DNA of 64,000 bases, taken from positions 62,001 to 126,000 of the forward strand of contig NW_027590264.1 of assembly GCF_964213995.1 (NCBI RefSeq), given 5' to 3'. Position numbers and translations under genes: made by a program. Numbering within the stretch: position 1 is the stretch's first letter; each line of letters starts with the position of its first letter. Below the pieces are notes generated by a model, which was not told the DNA's origin, ran no database searches, and was given only the letters and a program-made list of their open reading frames with translations. This document shows, piece by piece, positions 25,192 through 36,050 of the stretch. The DNA comes from Mustelus asterias (taxonomy: Eukaryota).

Positions 25192-25662
25192 CTGTCAAAA
25201 TAAGAATACAATTAACATGAAGATACATACGGGGATAAATAAAGTGCTTGCGTACATAGACGGAATTAACTAATCTATGCGTCTATCTATCCAAAGAACA
25301 AATCTACTTATTATAGATCTTTCTATCTTTCTTTTTTTCCATGTTTAGCCATCTTTCTGTTGCATTTCTATCCGCTGAGGTGTCTGAGAAGCAGTTATTT
25401 TTCCTGTTTGTTTCTTTACTCAGTGTGTGTGGAACAACGAAACAAGAGAGTTTACTTAATATGTTTCCACACACTGCATCTGTACTGACAGTTATCGGAT
25501 ATTGCAACTCTATCCAGATGGAAGGTTAAAAATGGAAAATTGATACTTCTAATATCAGCGGCATTGCTAAAGGCACCAGTTTTGGGTAAATTTAAACGTG
25601 CAGCGGAGGCAGGGCAGTGAGCAGGATAGTGTTCACCCGGATCCGCTCTGTGTCTCACTGTG

Positions 25663-26087
25663 TCTGCTTCACGCACAGATACATTCCGGAGTCCTGGACC
25701 GAGGTGTCATCAATACAGATAGTTTTTGAACTCTTTACTCGGTCAAAGGACAGTGTGTAACGTCCTTCGGTCGCACTTCCATCGTAAATGGAGGCGATCA
25801 GTGTCGGAGCCCATGTCAGTGTTTGTCTGAACCAGAGAACGGTAACGTCTGCAGCAACGGAGAGCCGACAATTCAGTTCAAACCGTTCCCTTTCCCGAGA
25901 CACCATCTGCTCAGGGTGGGAGCTCTGAAACTCACACTGAACGGCTGTGAACAGAAGAAAATCACTCACAAACCGCATGATGTGAAGAGAGTGTTGAAAT
26001 AATGAATAATAGAAACATAAACCCACACAATATCAACAGCATCAGAGTCCCAACTGGAAAGCGGTTTTTGCGGGTGTTCTTCTCCAT
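25663..26087 (-). CDS. Divergent TCR V gene (probable leader 26027-26087, V exon 25663-25944)
   Basis: Leader MEKNTRKNRFPVGTLMLLIL with GTGGGT donor; LNC..WFRQ..DSGMYLC; CACAGTG (25656-25662), 23 bp, weak nonamer ACACTATCC; CRE at 26246-26253. Confidence 0.8.
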
Positions 26088-27141
26088 GTTGATGAAGAAG
26101 CACAGGAGGATCAGTCCGGGTCTCATTTCTAGACTGGGACTTGCAGCCGAGGCCTCGACTCTGAGTGGTGGGGAGGGGAAGGAGAGGCGAGAGCTTTACA
26201 CTCTGATGAGCCACCGTGTCACCACTATTATGGGATGTCGGTCTCTGACGTCACTTGCGGTGCCACTGAGTGATTGGCTGTTTCTCGAACCAGAGACCAC
26301 TTGAACCGTCACTGCTTCCGACCCCCTCTGCTTCCTGTGTGTAATAACAGAGTAAATTGTTTCAGAACTGCGGTGCTCTGGTGTCTTTCTAAATGAAAAG
26401 AGCCGTTCATAATCTTAGAATCGTAGACAGTTGTAGCACTAACAGAGACCATTCGGCCCATTGCTCACGTACTGTCCCTGTTGATGGGTTACCCACTTAT
26501 TCTTTATCAGCAGCTTGCATTCGATGTATCTTATATTCTTAAAATTTCCGTTTGCTGGTCAAATATTTATCCACTTGTCTCCGCAAGTTACTTATAGATT
26601 CTGTCCCCATTACAGTTTGGCACGAACCACCTAGCAGCCGACTGCACAGAACACAAAAGTCTCCTCCCTCCGTTTAATAAAGATCACCCGAAATGCCGCT
26701 ATCCAGTCACGCACTGAGAGGACAGCCGGGTTATCTCTGTTCCTTTTCAATCTTTTCCAACCTGTCTTGATTGGGTACAAGTCTGCCAACCACTTCTGGA
26801 CAGAATTGCAGCTCCATTGAAAATGTCCCCAATTGCTCAAGTCTCCGCTGAGCATTGTGCTCTCTCTCTCTCATCCCCACTTCATCTTTCCCAGTCTGTC
26901 TTACACATTGTGTCTGAGATTAACGCTACACGGATCCAAGTGTTTGAACTGTGTCCTCAACAATGATGTGTATAAGGCTTACACATGTCCCCTTGTGTTC
27001 TGAAATCTGCGTCCATGTTAATAGTGAGGGAGTTAGTGTTGGTAATGCCATTGTTAATAGTGAGGGAGTTAGTGTTGGTAATGCCATTGAATGTCAAGGG
27101 GCAATGGTTAAATCCTCTCATTTGAAGATGGTTACTGCATG

Positions 27142-27460
27142 GGGCGACACGGTGGCGCAGTGGTTCGCACTGCTGCCTCACAGCGCCAGGGACCCGGGTT
27201 CAATTCCGGTCTCGGGTCGCAGTCTGTGTGGAGTTTGCACGTTCTCCCCTGTCTGTGTGGGTTTCCTTTGGCTGCTCCGGTTCCCTCTCATAGTATAAAA
27301 GTGTGCGGGTTAGGGTGATTGGCCGTGCTAAATTGCCCGTACGTATCAGGCGGTTTAGCACGATAAATATGTGGGGAGATGGAAGTAGGGCCTTTGTGGG
27401 CTTGTTGTCGGTGCCGACTCGATGGGCCAAATGGCCTCCATCTGCGCTGCAGGATTCGAT
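27142..27460 (+). mobile_element. HE1/V-SINE-type SINE
   Basis: tRNA-like head, core and LINE-type tail. Confidence 0.82.
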
Positions 27461-27854
27461 GAACGCATGTGGCGTGAATGTTGCTTGTCAGGCCAAGCCT
27501 GAATATTTTCCAGATTTTGCTGTATTTGGACACAGACCAATTATCTGATTTGAAACAATAGATTTTCAGCATAAAATTAACAACAATGCGGAAGATTTCC
27601 TCAACATAAAGCCCACACTCACTGAGTGACTGTTTCCTTCATCGGATAAGTTATGCTCTGACTGTCAATAAATCTGAGCAAAGCCGCTGGCAGATATTGG
27701 GGAATTACAAAGCCCCGGGCGACCCCGCTCGCATGCTCCATTTCCTGCTCTCTGACATATCTTGCCTGCAGTCTGCTGTTTGTTTGATCGTTGCAGCAAA
27801 TGTACACAGGCGTGAGGTTTTTGTACGGTGACTCCCGTCTTTCCTCTCAGTGTG

Positions 27855-28271
27855 GGCTCTATCGCACAGTAATACAGAGCGGTATCCGCGCTCCCACTGT
27901 TTTCAATAATCAACTGGCCCCATTTGCCCGCAGTGGAAAGTTCCAATTCGAATCGCTCCTTTCTCTCTTTGCCATCCGAGAATCCGCTTATTATCCACTT
28001 CAGACCCTGACCGGGTTTTTGTCTGTACCAATCCATTCTGTAAAAGCTGGAAATGTCATAACTGCAGTTTATCTGCACCGAATCCCCGCTCTGGACTGTT
28101 CTCGCTGTGGGAGTTTGTGAAACTTGGTCCGAGCGACACCGATCTGTAAAAACATTCAGACAATGAGGCACTGGAACAAAATGAATATCAGTAAACAGTC
28201 TCTATAGGTTACAGAGTAAATTTCCTGCGCTTACAAATTGGTAGAACCATAATGACAAGGCACAGATACAT
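27855..28271 (-). CDS. TRAV: TCR alpha/delta V gene, subgroup F (leader 28235-28271, V exon 27855-28143)
   Basis: Leader MYLCLVIMVLPI with GTAAGC; DQVSQ..C..WYRQ..YYCAIEP; RSS CACACTG (27848-27854), 23 bp, ACAAAAACC (27816-27824). Confidence 0.92.
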
Positions 28272-29908
28272 TTGCACCGTGTGAGACAGTAACAATGTCA
28301 ATAGGAAAACGGAGCACAGCTCACAGCAGAAGAGCGCGAAGTGAATCAACAACTTCAGTATTCCCCGAATGTAAGATGCACCAGATAACGTTTCAGACAC
28401 TCGGGTTCTCTGCAATCTGATGGGCTGGAATCAGACTATGCTCTTCCGGTGTAAGGATGTGGTTTTTTGATCCGCTGCTGCTTCTCTTTCCGATCATGTG
28501 TGAACAAATCAATTTTCTATAAACCAGGGCCCTACTTTACTACAGTTACTTTAATTGATAAAAGTGTTCACTGCTTAATTGTTCAACAATGAAGTCGTTG
28601 ATTTCAATTTGAGGTAATTATTCATGTGAATTCTACCCAAGTGCAGTTCAAATGATCGTTTCAAATACAAGAAGCTCCTCCCGCTGCTCAGGCCTGGCTC
28701 CGTTATCCTCGGAAACTCTGCCTCGGGATTTCAATTGAAGCACCAACCATTTAGTTGATGGCCTGTACCTGGTTATGTTTTATTCTAGCTCAACATCCTC
28801 ACCCTGACAAGAGGAATATCCTGATTTTATTTAATATCCAAACATTTATTTAATATTCTGAATTGAACTTATCTGAAATACACAACATTGAATTGCAAAC
28901 ACGACTGACCAACAAAAGAAATCGAGTTAAAAACAAAATACTGCGGAGGCTGCAATCTGAAACAAAAACAGAAAATCTCAGAAGGTCGGAGAGCATCTGT
29001 GGGAAGAGAACAGAGCAACATTTTCCAGTCTAGATTATCCTTCCTCAGAACGTACATCCTCCTCTCAGTCCCTGAAACTGTTTTTTTTCCGCGTGAAGTC
29101 ATTGTCCAATCCAAATTTGAAGGAGTTTCTGTGGAATCCGTGCACAGTTTGTCTTCGTCAACAACATTTATCTGACGAAGGGTCACCTAATAGACTCGAA
29201 ACGTTGGCTCTACTTTCTCCCCACAAATGCTGTCAGACCGGCTGAGGTTTTCCAGCAGTTTCTGCGTTTGTGTGTGAAAAGAAATCGAATCATTGGGTAA
29301 CCCAGATCCCATGGTGTTTATCTGACCACAGGCAGCTTCTAAACAAAATCAAATATTTTTACATGGAAGATATTTAAGAAAGATCGACCAATTACACTTG
29401 ATCCCTCTTTATTCTGGATGTAAAACATTCTGCCCCCTAAACCTCGTTCATCAACACAAAATCCAAGTAGATCGGCACTGAGTCTCGATTTCCTCATCAG
29501 CCTGAGCGGTTTTTTCTCTTTGTCTATTATGATGAAAGATTTGAAAAGATGGTACTGTGCAGTGCGCGCCATTTCCTCCAGTTCAGTTGCAGCATCACTT
29601 GTGTCTGTCTTTATGCGCACACAATACTATTAAACATGTTTCATACGGTGATTAACTATCCTAGTCTGCATCTGTAAACCCATTCAATTCTGTTGTACAC
29701 TGAACGAATTGCGAATATGTGCACGGTGTCAAATTAGGAACATTTAATTCCTCATTATGTCTTAAAAGGCAGCATTTCCGAATTTGCTGAAAGCATTTGA
29801 GGCCGAGGTCACGGCAAATATAATGTGGCTTAACATCGAGTTTCTGATAATGTTCAGGAACAAACTTAAATCCTGCAAACATCGCTTACCCTCACTGTGA
29901 AAGGTTTA

Positions 29909-29981
29909 TACTTCCAATTGGTTGGAAACCAGTGACTTTTCGCGTATAAGGCGAGCGTGATGGCCAATACACTGCAGAAAT
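29909..29981 (-). pseudogene. Degenerate tRNA-Val
   Basis: TTTCTGCAGTGTATTGGCCATCACGCTCGCCTTATACGCGAAAAGTC; followed by the same 0.7 kb flank as the intact tRNA-Val. Confidence 0.7.
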
Positions 29982-30724
29982 GATTATCCACTATAAAACC
30001 TCAAGAGACTGTCTTGAAATGTTACAACTGTGCCGTCATTCAGTCACACTTTGGGTGCTTCCTTCGAAGAATTCGGCTGCTGTCACGAGGAATGCTGTAG
30101 ACAACCTGGTCTCAGTGACCAGGAGAGAAAACAATTCTGCACAGAGGGGCCTGAGAGCTGAACCCAGACAGAGTGGAGGGAGGGAGAAAACTGAGAGTGG
30201 AGAAAAGAATTGGTGGAGAGGGTGAGATGGGTTTGGATTTCAGCCCAGGGACGGGGGAGAGTGTGTGAGATGGGGATTTACAGATTTGGGGCAAACGAGA
30301 GGAAAAAATGTTCCAAAAAAAAACTAGAATTATCTGTTCAGAATTTCTATCCTGGACCGACCGTGATTAATTTTGTAAACTCTTTTTCCAGGTATTAACA
30401 AGGGAAAGATTTGTAGATGCAAAACTCAAAACAAACATTTTGGTTTGAGTCACTCGATCATTCGTCAATCTGTGAATGTGGAAGGAGAAATGTTTATCTC
30501 TTGAAGATTTTAAACATCAGTGCAACTGGAAAAACACCGAGACACACACACACACTCGAGTGAGAGTGTTCCAGTGAACTGACTGTGGAAAGAGCTTTAA
30601 CCAGTGACACAGCCTGAGAAAACATCACACCATTCACAGCGGGGAGAAACTGTACACGTGTTATCTGCAAGGACGAGGTTTCAACTGATCATCTAACCTG
30701 GAGAGACACAAGGACACTGGCACC

Positions 30725-31525
30725 ATGGAGAAACCTTGGAAATGTGGGGACTGTGGTAAAAGATTCAAGTCTTTATTCCGACTGGAAATCCATCAACGCA
30801 GTCACACCGGGGAGAAGCCATTCGTCTGCACTGTGTGTGGGAAGGGATTTACCAAGACAACATACCTGATGTTACACCAGAGAATTCACACTGAGGAGAG
30901 GCCCTTCACCTGCACTCACTGTGGGAAGAGGTTCAACAGCACATCCAGCCTCGCGACACGCCAGCGGATTCACACTGGGGAGAAGCCGTTCACCTGCTCT
31001 GTGTGCGGTGAGAGATTCACTCGGTCATCCGGCCTTTGGACACATCAGCGAATTCACACTGAGGAGAAACCGTTCAGCTGCACTTCTCGTGGAAAGAGTT
31101 TCGGGCAGTCATCCACCCTGACTGCTCACCAACGCACTCACACCGGGGAGAGACCGTTCACCTGCTCCGTGTGTGGGAAGAAATTCTCCCAGTCATTCGA
31201 TCTGGTGAGACACCAGCGACTTCACACCGGGGAGAGACCATTCACCTGCTCGGTGTGTGGGAAGGGATTCGCTCGGTTATTCACCCTCCAGTCCCACTAC
31301 CGCACTCACACTCAGGAGAATCCATTCAGCTGCAGTACCTGTGGAAAGAGTTTCAAGCAGTCATCCAACCTCCTGACTCACCGATGCACTCACTCTGGGG
31401 AGAGGCCTTTCACCTGCTCCTTGTGTGGAAAGGCATTCACAAGGTCCTCCAGCCTGCTGAGACACCAGCAAATTCATAATAGACTGCAAGGATTGGATTC
31501 TGCTTTTAACCACAGCCAGGATTGA
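30725..31525 (+). CDS. Tandem C2H2 zinc-finger protein (9 fingers, 2 degenerate); possibly decaying
   Basis: CxxC-x12-HxxxH with TGEKP/TGERP linkers; finger 3 has His to Arg and finger 5 has Cys to Arg; disrupted finger-like sequence upstream at ~30560-30720. Confidence 0.85.
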   Translation: MEKPWKCGDCGKRFKSLFRLEIHQRSHTGEKPFVCTVCGKGFTKTTYLMLHQRIHTEERPFTCTHCGKRFNSTSSLATRQRIHTGEKPFTCSVCGERFTRSSGLWTHQRIHTEEKPFSCTSRGKSFGQSSTLTAHQRTHTGERPFTCSVCGKKFSQSFDLVRHQRLHTGERPFTCSVCGKGFARLFTLQSHYRTHTQENPFSCSTCGKSFKQSSNLLTHRCTHSGERPFTCSLCGKAFTRSSSLLRHQQIHNRLQGLDSAFNHSQD

Positions 31526-31700
31526 TAGTCTGACAATATTGGTTCGATTTTGCTGATATTAACATCCCTATAAGTAGCTGGAGTTTAATATTCTGGAGAT
31601 GTCTCTGACTTTCGGAGCTGCAGTGTCCCTTTTTAAAAACACCTTGTGATCTTTCCCCTAAATTCAAGAATCCTTAACAAGAACCTGTTCAACATAAAAT

Positions 31701-32043
31701 CATAGAAGTCATAGAAACCCTACAGTGCAGAAGGAGGCCATTCGGCCCATCGAGTCTGCACTGACCACAATCCCACCCAGGCCCTACCTCCACATATTTT
31801 ACCCACTAATCCCTCTAACCTACGCATCCCAGAACTCTAAGAAGCAAGTTTTTTAACCTGGCCAATTAACCTAACCCGCACATCTTTGGACTGTGGGAGG
31901 AAACCGGAGCACCCGGAGGAAACCCACGCAGACACGAGGAGAATGTGCAAACTCCACACAGACAGTGACCCGAGCCGGGAATTGAACCCGGGACCCTGGA
32001 GCTGTGAAGCAGCAGTGCTAACCACTGTGCTACCGTGCCGCCC
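31701..32043 (-). mobile_element. HE1/V-SINE-type SINE, young full-length copy
   Basis: Near-identical to 33578-33908 in the opposite orientation. Confidence 0.9.
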
Positions 32044-32670
32044 ACTTTGCTTCAATCCTAAATTAATCTTCGATGCAAATCAGTGTGAGAGAAGTTCCAC
32101 TGATTAACATCTCCAATTAGAAAGTCCTGATTAATCCTTGCTGACAATTCTGACTGACGTCTTCACAGTGACACGTCCATTATGAAATTAAATATGAAGG
32201 AACATAAACAAAATAGTAAAATATTATACAGGCACAGTTAAATCTCACATAAAATCCTTAACAATCAATATTGAAGTTGATGAAACTTGGAGGTCTCTGA
32301 GTTCACTCATTTCTGACACAGCAGCAGCAGTTTCACGATCTTGCGATTAAAGTAATACAATATCACCATCTGCTGGCGACGTGCACTTACGGCAGGCGCT
32401 GGCATCTGTGAGTCTCGGGGAAGTTCAGTCACTGGATGGTTGGAACTGGCATCCGGTTGATGAAGTGCCAATATTGAATAACATTGTTCATTCCCTGTTG
32501 CAAACTTTCATTCCAAACATTGGAATGAAAGTTTGCAACAGGTTCTTGGGTGGCGCGTTCGCCCATTTATCACCAGGCACCGTATAAGAATTTTGGTCCC
32601 CATTCCCCATGGGAGATATTGTCTGGAGTTGCAGTTCGGGATTATTGTGTGCATTAGTATTTAAAATAAA

Positions 32671-32863
32671 TATTTATTGAAGATATATAGCACTGGAGAT
32701 ACGTTTCAGGATCTACCGGACAGATTTTCTTGCTGTTTTGCGCAAAGGAAAGAAAACTGTTCTTTTTAATATTGCCGGGATGCTTCTCCCTGACACCGCC
32801 GTGTATCCCTGTGCCACGGAGCCCACACTGCTGCAGAGATAGAGCGGATCCCGGACAACAACC
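32671..32863 (+). pseudogene. 5'-truncated subgroup A-like V relic retaining RSS
   Basis: YLLKIYSTGD...DTAVYPCATEP with frameshift; CACACTG (32824-32830), 24 bp, ACAACAACC; CTCF-like CCACCAGAGGGCGCA at 32890-32904. Confidence 0.82.
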
Positions 32864-33577
32864 CCACACATGGGAGTTCCAGTTAGGTACCACCAGAGGG
32901 CGCACTTACGCTGCTAAACAGAACCAATAATTCACTCTCCATGTGAGTCACAGGGACCTTCCCAAGATATCAGAGAAAAAACACAACCTCAACAAGAGGT
33001 GAGCAACATTTGAGGAGTTGTATTAGTTTATTTTAACTTGCATTTGTGCTATCGCCGATCTTCTTAAATCTATTCCATTTTGTTAGCTCAGTTGTTGCCC
33101 TTGGATGCAGTTTCCCTGCCTCTAATATAGAGCAACTCGATCCCCATCTCCCCTGAGAGGTTTCTGAAGTCTATCACCGCGGCCTGGTCACTGGGTTTAT
33201 TTGATCCGAGAGATGTGCTGCTTCCGAGAAAGTGTATTCACAATGAAGAAATTTCACAATGAAGTGACTGTGATCTTTTAAATAGACATTGAGCACAGAA
33301 TTCCCCCAATGACCAGTGAACTTCAGGATATTTCCGTAATGCTGTTTTGTTACTATGAGCAACCCAGAATTTGCAGCTGCTAATTAACAGAGCAGGGTTT
33401 CATCCCCGCAACCCCATCCGGAAAAGTGCACCCGTTCCCCTATCGAGGTGCTGAAATCAGCTCGGCTCGAGGGATTTCCTTTCGATATCAGCCAGCTCAC
33501 CACTGAGAGATCTCACAGACTCATAGAGACACAATGATTGAAGTGGCAGGATACTGGAAACACTTGGGCTGATCCCA

Positions 33578-33908
33578 GGCGGCACGGTAGCACAGTGGTT
33601 AGCACTGCTGCTTCACAGCTCCAGGGTCCCGGGTTCGATTCCCGGCTCGGGTCACTGTCTGTGTGGAGTTTGCACATTCTCCTCGTGTCTGCGTGGGTTT
33701 CCTCCGGGTGCTCCGGTTTCCTCCCACAGTCCAAAGATGTGCGGGTTAGGTTGATTGGCCAGGTTAAAAATTGCCCCTAAGAGTCCTGGGATGTGTAGGT
33801 TAGAGGGATTAGCGGGTAAATATGTGGGGGTAGGGCCTGGGTGGGATTGTGGTCGGTGCAGACGCGATGGGCCGAATGGCCTCCTTCTGCACTGTAGGGT
33901 TTCTATGA
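33578..33908 (+). mobile_element. HE1/V-SINE-type SINE, young full-length copy
   Basis: GGCGGCACGGTAGCACAGTGGTTAGCACTG...GGGTTTCTATGA. Confidence 0.9.
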
Positions 33909-34045
33909 ATGAGGATTCTTGCGTAACTGACAGTCACATCATGGCTGCACCTGCCCGCGCTTCTGAGCAACCCGCAGGAGGCAGGACTTTCAACCTATAG
34001 TTAAAGGCAGTTTTTTCTGCAGTCAGACTGCTTTCCATCACTGTG

Positions 34046-34503
34046 AGTTTCAGCGAGAGCGCAGTAGTACAAGGCAGAGTCAGTCAGCTGCAGACCCGAG
34101 ATGATCAAAGTGGTGAATTTACTCCATGCCTGAAGTTCTCCAGAGAAGCGGCTTTCAGCAAAATCTGCTACATCTTCACCAAACATCGAGTTCCTCCCCA
34201 CTGTAACACAGGGTGTTGCCGGTACCAGTGTCAATTGCAGTTGCTCATTCTAGTGTCATAGGTACAGTTTAAAGTCACCGTTTCTCCTTCTGTCTGTTAT
34301 TCTGAGGACAGCGACTGAGTGACAGAATCTCCATGACCCAGATCTGAAAAACATGTTCGAACGGAAACAGTTCAGACCGACTGAATCCGTAAAATTCAGT
34401 TCAAAAACAAGTTAGTAAAATTAAAGTGAATATGAAATGCGTTTGGTCCATAAGTACCTGTCAGGAAGGTTCCCCGCACAATCCAGATGCTGAGTAGCAG
34501 CAT
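34046..34503 (-). pseudogene. V pseudogene (leader 34458-34503, V exon 34046-34343)
   Basis: GDSVTQSLSSE*..LNC..N*HWYRQ..DSALYYCAL; CACAGTG at 34039-34045 with degenerate nonamer. Confidence 0.88.
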
Positions 34504-35016
34504 CGTTGTTGTCTGCTCTGTAAAAGGGGAGTTGGATATTTGAAGACACCCTTTCCAAACCTCACCCTGTATATGTTGCTGCCGTGTCTCGGGGTGCTCT
34601 CACTGCATTTCCCTGTGTCCGCGGGGGTGCTGTGGGGTTGGCAGCTGGTGAACTGTCTGCAAGTGAATGGATTCACCCCGAGCTGGGTTCACTCAGTGTT
34701 CTGATAGGGCGAATGGTTCCCTAGTTAGACACGTGGGAAGAGATTTGTAACCGGAAACATGGGGTCACTGATGGGGTTTATTTATTCCGGCTTCAATTCT
34801 TCATCTCCGATTCCAGTAGAATCGATGCCAGTGAATGTGGGCGGATAAAACCCGAGTCTCAGCTTCTTTCATCAGTTCGACAGAGAGACGCTTCAGTTGG
34901 ACACGAAACAGGCGTTTGACTCCTTGTAAATTCTTCCGAATATTAAACCCAGGTCCTGGTTCTAATCTGAACTCCCCGGACAATTACTTCAGCAGAAATT
35001 TCATATGATCTGAAAA

Positions 35017-35349
35017 ATGCTCCGAATTTACAGACTCTGTTTGCTGTGTTTCACTCTGACCTGCACTGGGGTGACTGGAGCAGATGAGGTGATGCAGCTC
35101 CCTCGGCGGAAGGTTGTTAGTGAAGGGGGAACCGTATCCATGAACTGCACCACGATCACTACATTTAGCAACCTACATTGGTACAGACAGTCCCCGAATC
35201 AGCCACCCCAGCATCTGGTGATGGCCACAAGAGAAACCGATCAAAGCGGGAGGATCACAGCCTCAATCGGGGAAGGCTACAAATTCAGTGCCCTGACTGT
35301 GAGAGACGCCGGAGTTACAGACACTGCCACCTATCTCTGCGCCGTGAGC
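35017..35349 (+). CDS. TRAV: Single-exon (intronless) leader+V TCR gene
   Basis: MLRIYRLCLLCFTLTCTGVTGA fused in frame to DEVMQ..C..WYRQ..TYLCAVS; RSS CACAGTG (35350-35356), 23 bp, ACAAAAACC (35380-35388). Confidence 0.88.
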
Positions 35350-35729
35350 CACAGTGTGACAAACACAGGGAGGTCCCATACAAAAACCTGCACAGACTGC
35401 GAGAGCCACTCTGCTGTGTCTGCAGGAGCGGCAGAGAGAGTGATGTGATTGTTAAAAAAAATCCGTAAAGAAAGGAAATGAGCGCAACACAAAATAAAAC
35501 ATACAATCTAGTTATTAAAATCCCGTTAAAATGAAGATAGTTGAAAACAGATGGAGAAGAGGAACGAAGGAACATGTAAACTAGACTGAGTGAGAGGAAA
35601 ACAGAACATAGGAAAGTTCAGTTATCATAGGAGAAGTGGTCAGAAAATGAATGAACTGTTGAAATAGAAATGGAAGAGATTGGAAAGTGTGATAGACAGT
35701 TTAAAAATCAGGTAATATCATGAATAAAG

Positions 35730-36050
35730 AGGGGATGGCCTAGTGGCATCATCGTGAGATTATTAACCCAGAAACTCAGTTAATATTCTGGGGACCCCGG
35801 TCCGAATTCCTGCACGGCAGGTGGTGAAATTTGAATTCAATAACAATTTAGAATCTACTGAAACCATGAAACCATTGTAGATTGTCGGAAACACCCATCT
35901 GGTTCACTGATGTACTTTAGGGAAGGAAATCTGCCGCCCTTACCTTGTCTGGCCGACATGTGACTCCAGAGCCACCGCAATGTGGTTGACTCTCAACTGC
36001 CCTCCAACGAGAGCCCGTGACGCCTAAGTCTCACAAATGACTAAAATAAA
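35730..36050 (+). mobile_element. tRNA-derived SINE of a second family (MetaSINE-like core)
   Basis: Head TGGCCTAGTGG...; core CCATCTGGTTCACTGATGTACTTTAGGGAAGGAAATCTGCC...ACATGTGACTCCAG, recognised from memory. Confidence 0.55.

Noticed and set aside
25194-25623. D/J segments of a NAR-TCR cassette between the paired V segments
   Set aside because: No FGxG/WGxG/YGxG J motif with donor, and the lone CAGTGTG has no nonamer at 12 or 23 bp.
27016-27088. ~36-bp tandem duplication
   Set aside because: Two copies inside a decayed repeat; no functional signal.
33578-33650. SINE heads as tRNA genes
   Set aside because: Continue into SINE core and LINE tail; no complete cloverleaf.
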